Origin: an uncultured Polyangiaceae bacterium
Lineage (GTDB): Bacteria > Myxococcota_A > Polyangia > Polyangiales > Polyangiaceae
Length of the DNA: 64,000 nucleotides
Assembly: GCA_964459035.1 (NCBI GenBank)
Contig: CAYWLO010000003.1
Span: forward strand, 30,520-94,519
Direction of reading: 5' to 3'
In this document: positions 27,483 to 36,048 of the stretch, piece after piece
Layout of the letters: every line of letters begins with the position of its first letter
How positions within the stretch are numbered: the first letter of the stretch is position 1
Program-made: the position numbers and the translations under genes
Notes under the pieces: generated by a model
Seen by the model: only the letters and a program-made list of their open reading frames with translations
What the model was told of the DNA's origin: nothing
Databases searched by the model: none

Positions 27483-28409
27483 ATGGTTTGGTCATTAAGC
27501 AAGGACGACGACGGATTAGAATCGGTCGCCGCACCCTCCTCTTCACGTAGTCCGGCTCTTTCTGCAGCTTTGCAGGCTCCTGCCGTCCCTGTTTTTCCTA
27601 GAGAAGTTTTGGGGGAGCAGGCTCCCTCTATTCGAAAGACTCTACCGGGTGGCTCGACTGCCCCGCAGCGACCTATCTCAGCCCCGCGCCCTGCTCTCAA
27701 GGGGCAAGTTCCCCTGCATCGCAGACAATCTAGCGGCGCCCCTGCTGGTTTTGCTCGGGCCTCGGTAGTGGTTGATCCTACCTCGCAAATTCCGGAGGCA
27801 ACGGACTCTCACCAAGATCTGCGTCGAGATCTACGCAGAGATCCGGTCGCACGTACGCAGATCTTAGAGGGTCGCAAGCTCGACACCTTACGGGCCGAAG
27901 TCAAGCGACGTCGGCGTGTTTACCAATTGCGCAAGTTGGGGGTGCTTTCTCTTTGGTGCCTCGGCGGAGCAGCCGCCATTGGGGCAGGGGCGTATGCCTC
28001 GGGCATGGTGTATTCGGGCTCCCCCGTGCTCGATGAAGCAGAAGGCGCGCCGAGCGAGGCGGGTTCCAAGACTGCGGGGGACAACCAGAGGACTCAAAAG
28101 ACTGAAAGAGGCTCTCGGGCGCCTGCGGAAGTAACTGGTCAGGCTGTCCCAGTGAAGGGAGAGCCTGAGAAGACTACTCGCTCTCCATCTCCCCGCGCAC
28201 AAGCCGCTAGGCCGCCGCAAGCCGCTAGGCCGCCGCAAACCTCAGAGGGCAGTCAGCACGCCCAACCCACTTCAAAAGCTGCTTCACGCGGTATTCCAGC
28301 AAAAAACAATAAGAAGATGCAGGACAACCCCTTGCACTCGGACAATCTTTTGGAATTTGAGGGCGAGAGCGACGAGGTGTTTACTTTGGACGACCTTCCC
28401 TTCGAGTGA
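27483..28409 (+). CDS. Pro/Ala-rich single-pass membrane protein, hypothetical
   Basis: 308-aa ORF with one TM segment (LGVLSLWCLGGAAAIGAGAYASGMV). It is low-complexity, with DLRRDLRRD and AARPPQAARPPQ, and has an acidic C-terminus. Confidence 0.5.
   Translation: MVWSLSKDDDGLESVAAPSSSRSPALSAALQAPAVPVFPREVLGEQAPSIRKTLPGGSTAPQRPISAPRPALKGQVPLHRRQSSGAPAGFARASVVVDPTSQIPEATDSHQDLRRDLRRDPVARTQILEGRKLDTLRAEVKRRRRVYQLRKLGVLSLWCLGGAAAIGAGAYASGMVYSGSPVLDEAEGAPSEAGSKTAGDNQRTQKTERGSRAPAEVTGQAVPVKGEPEKTTRSPSPRAQAARPPQAARPPQTSEGSQHAQPTSKAASRGIPAKNNKKMQDNPLHSDNLLEFEGESDEVFTLDDLPFE
28200..28235 (+). repeat. 2 x 18-bp perfect tandem repeat (CAAGCCGCTAGGCCGCCG) encoding QAARPP twice
   Basis: Read directly from the DNA; in frame. 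Confidence 0.85.
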
Positions 28410-28598
28410 GGCTTGATGAGTCGTCCTGAGGCGCGCGTTTAGTCACTTGTACAGCAAATAGGTGACGCAAATTGTCACTTACGGATGCACTTTTACCCAC
28501 ATAAGAGCCCCTTTTGACTACAGGAGGGGTTCTTGTCGTTTTACTGATTTACGTGTGTTTATGGGTAATTTGTTTGAAGACTCTCGTGTTGGCTTCAA

Positions 28599-28616
28599 TT
28601 GGCACGTTCGGTGCAT
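28599..28616 (+). promoter_or_regulatory. sigma-54 (-24/-12) promoter upstream of pilA
   Basis: TTGGCACGTTCGGTGCAT compares with the consensus TGGCACG-N4-TTGCW. GG and GC are spaced 12 nt apart with one mismatch in the -12 element. It lies about 85 nt upstream of the pilA ATG. Confidence 0.65.
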
Positions 28617-28701
28617 TGTCTCTTTACGTTGGACCACGGGCGTATGCCCTGCATAGCGGCCCAGTGCACCTATTATTCACCCCCTAAGGACAAATCTTCT
28701 C

Positions 28702-29328
28702 ATGGCTCAATTCAAAAAACTTACCAAACGCGGCTTCACTCTCATCGAGCTCATGATCGTCGTGGTCATCATTGGTATTCTCGCTTCACTAGCTATCTAC
28801 GGCGTGTCAAAATACGTAGCCAACTCCAAGAGTGCTGAAGCACGCATGATGTTGGGACATATGTCCAAAGATGCCCTTTCTGTATATGAGGGGGAGGTTC
28901 AGGCTGCGGCCAATATTGTTCTTGGTGGTCAGTCTGCGGCGAGCAATCGGGTGATCTGTGCGAATGAGAACCGATTTATTCCGGCGGCCGTATCAGCTAT
29001 TCAGTCCAGAAAATACCAGCCAACCGCTGCAGACTGGAAACCAGTTGCTCTCGCCACGGACTTTCTAGGATTCAAGTGCCTTGGTACTGAGGTTCTTACC
29101 CCGATTTACTACAGATATTCTTATGGAGCGTCGACCCTAACTACCGCGAATGCTGCGTCTCCGGCAGTCAATGGAGATACTTTCACTCTGCAAGCTCAGG
29201 GTGACCTCGACGGCGATGGTAACCTTTCAACGTTTAGAATGGGAGGCACCGTACAGTTAGACGCTGCAACAAACGATCTTATTCTCACTTTGGATCCCGC
29301 CGTTTTTGAGAATAACGCCGAAGAGTAA
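28702..29328 (+). CDS. pilA: type IV pilin (prepilin with N-terminal cleavage/methylation domain)
   Basis: MAQFKKLTKRG|FTLIELMIVVVIIGILASLAIYGVSKYVANSKSAEA has a short basic leader ending in Gly, Phe at +1 and Glu at +5. The total length of 208 aa is typical of PilA. Confidence 0.88.
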   Translation: MAQFKKLTKRGFTLIELMIVVVIIGILASLAIYGVSKYVANSKSAEARMMLGHMSKDALSVYEGEVQAAANIVLGGQSAASNRVICANENRFIPAAVSAIQSRKYQPTAADWKPVALATDFLGFKCLGTEVLTPIYYRYSYGASTLTTANAASPAVNGDTFTLQAQGDLDGDGNLSTFRMGGTVQLDAATNDLILTLDPAVFENNAEE

Positions 29329-29374
29329 AGCGCACCTCGTAGAGAGGAAAAGCTCCTCTCCACTGGTCGCATTC

Positions 29375-29409
29375 AAACGCCCCCAGACATTTGTCTCGGG
29401 GCGTTTTTC
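29375..29409 (+). terminator. rho-independent terminator of pilA
   Basis: AACGCCCC-cagacatttgtctc-GGGGCGTT followed by TTTT. A second, smaller hairpin (GAGAGGA-aaagc-TCCTCTC) lies at 29342-29360. Confidence 0.75.
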
Positions 29410-29441
29410 AATTTGCTCCCAGTACATCTAAACTCTCGTTC

Positions 29442-30842
29442 ATGAACGCGAACGCTCAACTGCCCCTCATTGTCACTTACGCAAACGAGCACTTTGAAAG
29501 CACACTCACTGAATTGTGCAACTATCTAAAAGTACCAGCCATCAGTTGTGAGCCCGGGCACGCACCCGACGTAGAGAAATTGGCGCTGATGATAAGTGGG
29601 CGTTTGCAGACTTTGGGTTTTTCCTCACAATTGCGCTCTTTGCCCGACGCGTTGCCGCTTGTGGCAGCCCAACGCTTGAGCAAAAATGAGCATGCGCCCA
29701 CCCTCTTAATCTACGGACATTTAGATTTACAGCCTGTAAAAGGAGAAACCTGGGACTCTGATCCTCATCAACCCGTGCGCCGTGATTCCCCCGACGGGGA
29801 GCGGCTATATGCGCGGGGTGCGGCAGACGATATGGGCGGTTGGGTCTCGCACTTGGCAGCCATGGTGGCTTGGCTAGAGATAGAGGGCGATTTGCCGGTG
29901 CACGTCAAATTGATCATCGAGGGCGAAGAGGAAATTGGCTCACCCAACTTAGAGCGCTACATGGACGTATTTTCTGACGATTTTACCGCCGATGTGATGG
30001 TGCTCACGGATTGCGAAAACCCAGCCATCGACGTTCCGGGTTTGACGACTTCATTGCGGGGTCTCTACGAGGTGGACATCGAATGTAGCGCCTTGAAGAG
30101 TGACGTGCATTCGGGACTTTGGGGCAATATGGCGCCTGATGTAAGTACGGCTCTTGTACATTTATTGGCGCGCCTCACCGACGAAAACGGTCGTCCTCAA
30201 TTTGCTCGTCAGGCAGTGAGTGATCAATTCAAAAAAAGCGCGGCTCAAGTTCCACTCGACGCCGAAGTGGTGCGCCAAGGAGCCCATCTAGTCGAGGGAG
30301 TCGACCCTTTGCCAGAGCAAGGGCGTACCCCGGCCGAATGGTTGTGGCGTCAACCCGCTCTCACCGTACTTTCAACCAGCCTACCGCGCCCTGACAATCA
30401 CAAAAATGCCCTGCGCGCTGAGGCCCGCGCGAGTCTTTCCATTCGTATTCCTCCAGGCGCGACCAAAACCCAGCTTCGAAGCGAGCTGGAACAAATTCTA
30501 CTACAAAATGCTCCCTCTGGAGTTCTAGTTTCCCTCAGGGACCAACCTGGTGGGGCCGAGTCTTGGCTTTACGAGCCCCAAGGGGAGGCATTTGCCGCCG
30601 CTGATCGAGCCTACGAAAAATCATGGGGTCGGCCTCTGGTGCAAATTGGCATTGGCGGTTCCATTCCGTTTGTGGCACTTTTTGGGCGCAAGTACGCGCA
30701 CTTACCCTTGATTCTCAATGGCGTGATGGATCCACTGACGGGAGCTCACGGTCCCAACGAATCACTCCATTTGGGGGTATTTAGGAAGGTAATTGTTGCC
30801 AATATTTACCTTTATGACGAGTTGAGTCGCCTTAAATTCTGA
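29442..30842 (+). CDS. M20-family dipeptidase/peptidase
   Basis: Contains LLIYGHLDLQPV, YARGAADDMGG and IIEGEEEIGSPNL. I moved the start to ATG 29442 (MNANAQLPL) because the track start at 29391 lies inside the pilA terminator. Confidence 0.85.
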   Translation: MNANAQLPLIVTYANEHFESTLTELCNYLKVPAISCEPGHAPDVEKLALMISGRLQTLGFSSQLRSLPDALPLVAAQRLSKNEHAPTLLIYGHLDLQPVKGETWDSDPHQPVRRDSPDGERLYARGAADDMGGWVSHLAAMVAWLEIEGDLPVHVKLIIEGEEEIGSPNLERYMDVFSDDFTADVMVLTDCENPAIDVPGLTTSLRGLYEVDIECSALKSDVHSGLWGNMAPDVSTALVHLLARLTDENGRPQFARQAVSDQFKKSAAQVPLDAEVVRQGAHLVEGVDPLPEQGRTPAEWLWRQPALTVLSTSLPRPDNHKNALRAEARASLSIRIPPGATKTQLRSELEQILLQNAPSGVLVSLRDQPGGAESWLYEPQGEAFAAADRAYEKSWGRPLVQIGIGGSIPFVALFGRKYAHLPLILNGVMDPLTGAHGPNESLHLGVFRKVIVANIYLYDELSRLKF

Positions 30843-31095
30843 ATTGACGGTGCCTCGGGAAGATAAAACACCCCCCGGTTCATCGGAGCCCTCGGCAATT
30901 TACTACGGAGTATCCCCCATTCTCTCTCGTGATGGAGTTGACCGGGGCCAGGGGCGGGGGTAGTTAGCGCCTCCCAGACAGGGCTTTTGGGCTCTGTCTC
31001 CCTCGACGCTGGTGTCGGGCGAGTTTTAGGCGAGCATGGTGCACGCCAACAGAATTCTCGCAACGCTGTCAGCCAATCAGGCGAAAGAAATTAGA

Positions 31096-31761
31096 ATGAA
31101 CACAAATCCGGGCCTTATCGGTCGCAAAGTAGGCATGACCCAACTCATCGAAGCTGATGGGACTGTTATTCCTTGCACCGTGGTACGCGCTGACTCCATC
31201 ATCGTTGGCAAGCGCACTCAGGCAAAAGACGGCTACACTGCTCTCATCGTGGGTCTTGGTGAGCGCAAAGAAAAGCACACCAACAAGGCACAAGCTGGCA
31301 TGTACAAGGCTGCTGGCGTAAGCCCCAAGCGTGAGCTTGTTGAGTTACGTTGTTCGACCGAGGCTGCCGACGCGATTGAAGTAGGAGCTGAGCTCAAGGT
31401 CGAAGATACCTTCGCCATTGGTCAGTTCGTTGACGTACAGTCTACCTCTAAGGGCAAAGGTTTTGCCGGCGTCATGAAGCGTTATAACTTTGCTGGTGCA
31501 CCGGGCAGTCACGGTACTCACGAGTACTTCCGTCATGGTGGTTCTATCGGCATGAACATGACCCCCGGTCGTGTTTTTAAGGGCAAAAAGATGCCCGGGC
31601 AGATGGGCAACAAAACCGTAAGTGTTTTGAGCCAAAAGGTTGTTAAAATCGTTGGTGAGGACAATCTCGTTCTCGTCAAAGGTGGCATTCCCGGTGGCAA
31701 AAATGCTCTGGTTGTCATTCGTGGCGCTGTAAAGAAGAAGAACGCCGGCAAGCCCGCCTGA
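31096..31761 (+). CDS. rplC: 50S ribosomal protein L3
   Basis: MNTNPGLIGRKVGMTQLIEADGTVIPCTVV...SKGKGFAGVMKRYNFAG..GSHG...GSIGMNMTPGRVFKGKKMPGQMGNKTV...LVLVKGGIPG is collinear with E. coli L3. The track start at 31036 adds 20 aa not found in L3. Confidence 0.95.
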   Translation: MNTNPGLIGRKVGMTQLIEADGTVIPCTVVRADSIIVGKRTQAKDGYTALIVGLGERKEKHTNKAQAGMYKAAGVSPKRELVELRCSTEAADAIEVGAELKVEDTFAIGQFVDVQSTSKGKGFAGVMKRYNFAGAPGSHGTHEYFRHGGSIGMNMTPGRVFKGKKMPGQMGNKTVSVLSQKVVKIVGEDNLVLVKGGIPGGKNALVVIRGAVKKKNAGKPA

Positions 31762-31800
31762 GCAGTTACTTCTCCCTATCCCGTTTAAGGTAATAGCCAG

Positions 31801-33546
31801 ATGATCGACGCGCCCGGAGCAGCCATCACGCTGCCTTCGTGGCGCGTTGAACGCATTTTATCAGACGAGAACGGTTTTCTTGTTGTGGACAAACCCGTGG
31901 GCATGCCTGTGCACGGCGGGAACGAAAACTTAGCTCATAGTGTAGTTGAACGCCTCGGTATTTGGCTCTTGGGTCAGTCTCGCGACAAGTACTTAGCCGT
32001 GCATCAGCGTCTCGACCAAGAGACCAGTGGTTTGCTTTTCTTTGTGACGGACAAAGAGAAAAATACAGCCGTAGCGCGTGCGATGGAAAGCCACGCAATT
32101 GCGCGCACCTATCTTGCCGTGGTGGGCTCACCTCGGGGTGCCGAGCCCGATGGAACTGCTCTGTCTCTCCTAAAAGACGAGGGGCGCATCGAATTATGGC
32201 TCAGCCATATCTCCGGAAAATCTACTGTGTCCGCCCATGCCCCCGCTCGTGGCCGCTCCAAAGCAAAAAAAGGTAAAAATCGAACGCCTGCGCCTGCGGT
32301 GAACAAATCGTTAGCGTCTAAGCGAGCCATCACTCACTACAAAGTTTTGCGTCGCAGCGGTGATAGAGCATTGGTTGAGCTGCGTTTAGAAACGGGGCGC
32401 ACCCATCAAATACGCGCCACGCTCGCTCATCTGGGTTTACCCATTGTGGGCGACTCGCTCTACGGGGGGCAGTCCGCCTATCGTTTGATGTTACACGCCC
32501 ATCGGCTCAGCGGCGGCCCCTTACAAGCAAATTTTGTATTGGAAGCACCGGAGGTGTTCGAGAGTGCTCTTTTAAACACCATCTGCTTTCCTGAAGCGTT
32601 TGAGTCTGCCTTGAGTGATGCAGCGTGTTTGCGGGCACCTCTTTTAACCCAAACAAGCGTGTTTCGCCTGGTCAACGGTGCCGGCGACGGTTTACCCAAC
32701 CTCACGGTCGACGCCTATGGGCGCTTTGCCACTCTCAACTTATACGATACCGAGTTGGTTGAGCGCCAAAAAGAATTGGCCGAGGCGGTACTGCAATTGG
32801 GCTTCTCTGGCGTTTACGTCAAAAAGCGTATTCGCGCCGATTTACGCAAAGAAGACCCGCAAGATTTAGCTCCTGAAGGACCCACAGCCGGACAAAGTGC
32901 TCCGGAAACCTATTGCGTGGACGAATTGGGGCTCCAGGCAAATATCAAGTTGGCAGACGGGCTTTCCACTGGGCTCTTTGTTGATATGCGAGACAATCGG
33001 TTTCGCGCGCGATCGTGGGCCAAGGCAGGCTCAATGCTCAATCTCTTTTGCTATTCGGCGTCCTTTAGTGTTTCAGCCGCTTTGTCAGGGGCAAAAACTA
33101 CAAGCGTAGATCTTTCTTCAAAGGCTTTAGAGCGCGGCCGTGAGAACTTTGTGTCCAATGGTCTTGACCCTGCTGAGCATCGCTTTTTTAAAGAAGACGC
33201 CATGAAATTCTTAGCGCGTTCGGTACGACGCGGGGACAAGTACAATTTTATTGTGCTGGATCCTCCTAGTTTTGCCACGGTGGGCAAGGGCGTCTTTAGT
33301 GTTAAGAACGGCTACGGCCAGGCAGCAGCCGATTGTTTACGACTTCTGGCAAAGGGGGGACGTCTCCTTTGTGTGACCAATCATACCAAGACCAGTCTGC
33401 ACGCTCTGCGGAAATTATTGGAGACCTCAGGGGAGAAAGCGGGGCGCAAATTGCGCTACGTAAAATCGCTAGCTCCCGGTCTTGATTGTCCGGCTCACCC
33501 CCAAGGCCCCTGGCCAAGCAAAAGTGTTCTCGTCGAAGTCGATTGA
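31801..33546 (+). CDS. fusion protein: RluA-family pseudouridine synthase plus class I SAM-dependent (RlmI/RlmK-like) methyltransferase
   Basis: The N-terminal half has FLVVDKPVGMPVHGG, HQRLDQETSGLLFF (catalytic Asp) and GRTHQIRATLAHLGLPIVGDSLYG. The C-terminal half has LNLFCYSASFSVSAALSGAKTTSVDLS...FIVLDPPSFA, the SAM-binding fold of the RlmI type. Confidence 0.8.
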   Translation: MIDAPGAAITLPSWRVERILSDENGFLVVDKPVGMPVHGGNENLAHSVVERLGIWLLGQSRDKYLAVHQRLDQETSGLLFFVTDKEKNTAVARAMESHAIARTYLAVVGSPRGAEPDGTALSLLKDEGRIELWLSHISGKSTVSAHAPARGRSKAKKGKNRTPAPAVNKSLASKRAITHYKVLRRSGDRALVELRLETGRTHQIRATLAHLGLPIVGDSLYGGQSAYRLMLHAHRLSGGPLQANFVLEAPEVFESALLNTICFPEAFESALSDAACLRAPLLTQTSVFRLVNGAGDGLPNLTVDAYGRFATLNLYDTELVERQKELAEAVLQLGFSGVYVKKRIRADLRKEDPQDLAPEGPTAGQSAPETYCVDELGLQANIKLADGLSTGLFVDMRDNRFRARSWAKAGSMLNLFCYSASFSVSAALSGAKTTSVDLSSKALERGRENFVSNGLDPAEHRFFKEDAMKFLARSVRRGDKYNFIVLDPPSFATVGKGVFSVKNGYGQAAADCLRLLAKGGRLLCVTNHTKTSLHALRKLLETSGEKAGRKLRYVKSLAPGLDCPAHPQGPWPSKSVLVEVD

Positions 33547-33597
33547 GCCACAAGTTTTAATCTCCCTTCTTGATGGGACCCTTCTTTAGAGATCACC

Positions 33598-34230
33598 ATG
33601 GCTAGAAATCGCAATAATCCTTACGCGGGCGTCGACGCGCGCACTATTGAGGCAAAGAAAAAGGGTTACCCAGCGCGCAGCATCTTCAAGCTGGAAGAGA
33701 TCCAAAGAAAGACTCAGCTGCTTCAACACGGCATGAGTGTGGTCGATTTGGGAGCCGCTCCTGGGTCGTGGTCAATCTACGCAAGTCAAAAGGTGGGCCC
33801 TTCGGGGCACGTGTTGGCTATCGATCTCAAGGAAATTTCCCAGGGTTTTTCACCCAATGTGGAGGTTGTCGTAGGAGACGCTTTTGACGTGACAGGGGAG
33901 ACTCTTGCTCCCTCGGCTCCTTTTGATGTGATTCTTAGCGATATGGCTCCCAAGACAAGCGGTATCAAGTTTCGCGATCAAGTGATGAGTTTTGAGCTCT
34001 TTGAGCGAGCTCTAGAGGTAGCTCAAACTTTTGGTCGTCCCGATACCGCAAGTTTCGTGTGTAAGATTTTTATGGGTCCTGAATTCAATGAGGCGATTGC
34101 TTTGATGAAAAAAACCTTTAGAAAGAGCCGAGTCGTACGTCCCGATGGCGTGCGTCCCAACAGTAAAGAGGTATTTTTAGTAGGTTTGGGTCTGCGCGAG
34201 GGTGGGTATCGTCCGCCTGCTACCGAATAA
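33598..34230 (+). CDS. rlmE: 23S rRNA (uridine-2'-O)-methyltransferase RlmE/FtsJ
   Basis: Contains ARSIFKLEEIQRK..., VVDLGAAPGSWS, VVGDAFD, ILSDMAPKTSG and a K-D-K-E-type layout. Confidence 0.9.
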   Translation: MARNRNNPYAGVDARTIEAKKKGYPARSIFKLEEIQRKTQLLQHGMSVVDLGAAPGSWSIYASQKVGPSGHVLAIDLKEISQGFSPNVEVVVGDAFDVTGETLAPSAPFDVILSDMAPKTSGIKFRDQVMSFELFERALEVAQTFGRPDTASFVCKIFMGPEFNEAIALMKKTFRKSRVVRPDGVRPNSKEVFLVGLGLREGGYRPPATE

Positions 34231-34313
34231 ATCTCTCATTTACGTCTTTTCGGACGCACAAGCGGTCAGAAACTTTCCCGTAGGGGGCTGGGCGATCTAT
34301 CGCTACAAGGTCG

Positions 34314-36026
34314 ATGATTTTGCGTCAGTTGCTCACAGGGATCAGTGGAGGATCCGCGCTGGCGCTTCTCGCTCTATTTCTCACTACCCCTCGGGCCGTG
34401 ATTGAGAAAGAAGCGCCTGCTTGGCTGCGCGGAGTGCTGCCGGCAAGTGACTCTGTCCAAGACCATGAACTGGTGGTGCCCCATGAGTCCCTCAAGCGTA
34501 AAGAGACGGAGGCGGGCAATTCAATCCCTACAGAACAAGAAGTTGTCGTTCCAGAAACAGGGGACTTGGGACAAAAAAACTTAGAGCCTCAGCGGGTCTT
34601 GGTGGCTAGCTTGGGACCGAGTGGCGGCGTCGGTCTAGCGGAGACATTTACAGAAGCGGAGTTTGAAGAGCCCGAGACATCGCTCCTGGTACCCCAGGCG
34701 GATGAACTTGATCCTAATTCGTTCTTGGGGGCATTGAGTAAGCAGACCATCATTCGCAATCGTCCTCATCCCCAAGGCACGATCATTGGTTTTGCTCGCA
34801 CTGGAGCTCTTTTGCGGCGCGCCCAGATCCCCACTGGCCACGAGGGCTGCAAAGGGGGGTGGTATCGAGTCGAGCCGGATGGTTATATCTGTGTGGGAAA
34901 GGCGGCTACCCTAGATACGGAGCACGCCATCCTGCGTATTGCTTCTCTGCAGCCCGATCGCTCTTTGGCAATGCCATATCCTTATGGGACGAGTCGCTAT
35001 CCAACTCCTCCCCTTTACACTCGATTGCCCTCAAAGAAGCAGCAGCAAATTGCGGAGCAAGATCTGCGTGGACATCTGCGCAAAAATTTTGGGGCGCTGT
35101 GGAAAGACTCAGCGGATACTCCTCCCCCCGCTTTACTCGAAAGAGGTGAGCGTATTCCTCGTCCCTACGGATACCCACGCTTAGAGCGCGAGTTCATGAC
35201 GGGTCGAGCCTTAGGCAGTAGCGCCTTTGCCTTTATCGATCTTTTTGAGTCAGATGGACGCAAGTGGGGGTTAACAACCGATCTTTCTTTGTTGCCTTTA
35301 GATAGGCTGATCCCTGTCAAGGCAAGTCAGTTCTCGGGCGTTCCGTTAGAAGGCGAAGAGGATCTCCCCTTAGTCTTTGTGCGCTCCCGTCGGCAGTTCT
35401 TGTACCAAGGCACACCAGGCGAAGGCGCGATGAGTCCCTCTCGGGCCATCAAATTTCGTGAGGCTTTTCATCTCACTGGTCGCGAAGAAAAGGTGGGAGG
35501 GTCCCGTTTTTACGAAACACGAGATGGCTCGTTTATTAAAGAACATAGGCAGTTGGTACACGTTGCTCGTCGCGAATCGATGCCCAAGTGGGCAAAGAAG
35601 GACCGATCGTGGATAGATGTTTCTATTCTCAATCAAACCTTGGTGGCTTATCGGGGCACGGTACCTGTGTTTTCAACGCTGGTCTCGACGGGTAGAGATG
35701 GTTTGGGTGATCCGGAAACAACTCACTCAACCGTGCAGGGTGTGTTTCTAATTCATACGAAACACGTGACTTCTACCATGAGCGGAGACTCGGCCGATGA
35801 TGAATTTGATCTGCGTGATGTGCCCTACGTGCAGTATTTTCATGGTGGCTTCGCATTTCATGCGGCATTTTGGCACGATGGTTTTGGGCAGCCGCGCAGT
35901 CATGGCTGTGTAAATTTATCCCCGCGGGACGCGCGCTATCTCTTTTCTATCACCAACCCTCCAGTGCCTCTGCTTTGGCATAGCGCCCTCGACCTGAAGG
36001 GTACCCTAGTTTACGTGCATCCTTGA
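34314..36026 (+). CDS. L,D-transpeptidase (YkuD) domain protein with large N-terminal region
   Basis: It has a signal/TM segment at the N-terminus. The C-terminal YkuD domain reads VAYRGTVPVFSTLVSTG...GVFLIHTKH...FHGGFAFHAAFWHDGFGQPRSHGCVNLSPRDARYLF. Confidence 0.8.
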   Translation: MILRQLLTGISGGSALALLALFLTTPRAVIEKEAPAWLRGVLPASDSVQDHELVVPHESLKRKETEAGNSIPTEQEVVVPETGDLGQKNLEPQRVLVASLGPSGGVGLAETFTEAEFEEPETSLLVPQADELDPNSFLGALSKQTIIRNRPHPQGTIIGFARTGALLRRAQIPTGHEGCKGGWYRVEPDGYICVGKAATLDTEHAILRIASLQPDRSLAMPYPYGTSRYPTPPLYTRLPSKKQQQIAEQDLRGHLRKNFGALWKDSADTPPPALLERGERIPRPYGYPRLEREFMTGRALGSSAFAFIDLFESDGRKWGLTTDLSLLPLDRLIPVKASQFSGVPLEGEEDLPLVFVRSRRQFLYQGTPGEGAMSPSRAIKFREAFHLTGREEKVGGSRFYETRDGSFIKEHRQLVHVARRESMPKWAKKDRSWIDVSILNQTLVAYRGTVPVFSTLVSTGRDGLGDPETTHSTVQGVFLIHTKHVTSTMSGDSADDEFDLRDVPYVQYFHGGFAFHAAFWHDGFGQPRSHGCVNLSPRDARYLFSITNPPVPLLWHSALDLKGTLVYVHP

Positions 36027-36048
36027 CGAAAAATACCAGGCGTGCCCT

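Noticed and set aside
29391-29441. Upstream start for the M20 peptidase ORF
   Set aside because: These codons lie within the pilA terminator hairpin and T-tract. ATG 29442 gives a conventional N-terminus.
31036-31095. 20-aa N-terminal extension of L3
   Set aside because: L3 proteins begin a few residues before the GxKxGMT motif. ATG 31096 (MNTNPGLIGRKVGMTQ) fits, and the extension has no counterpart.
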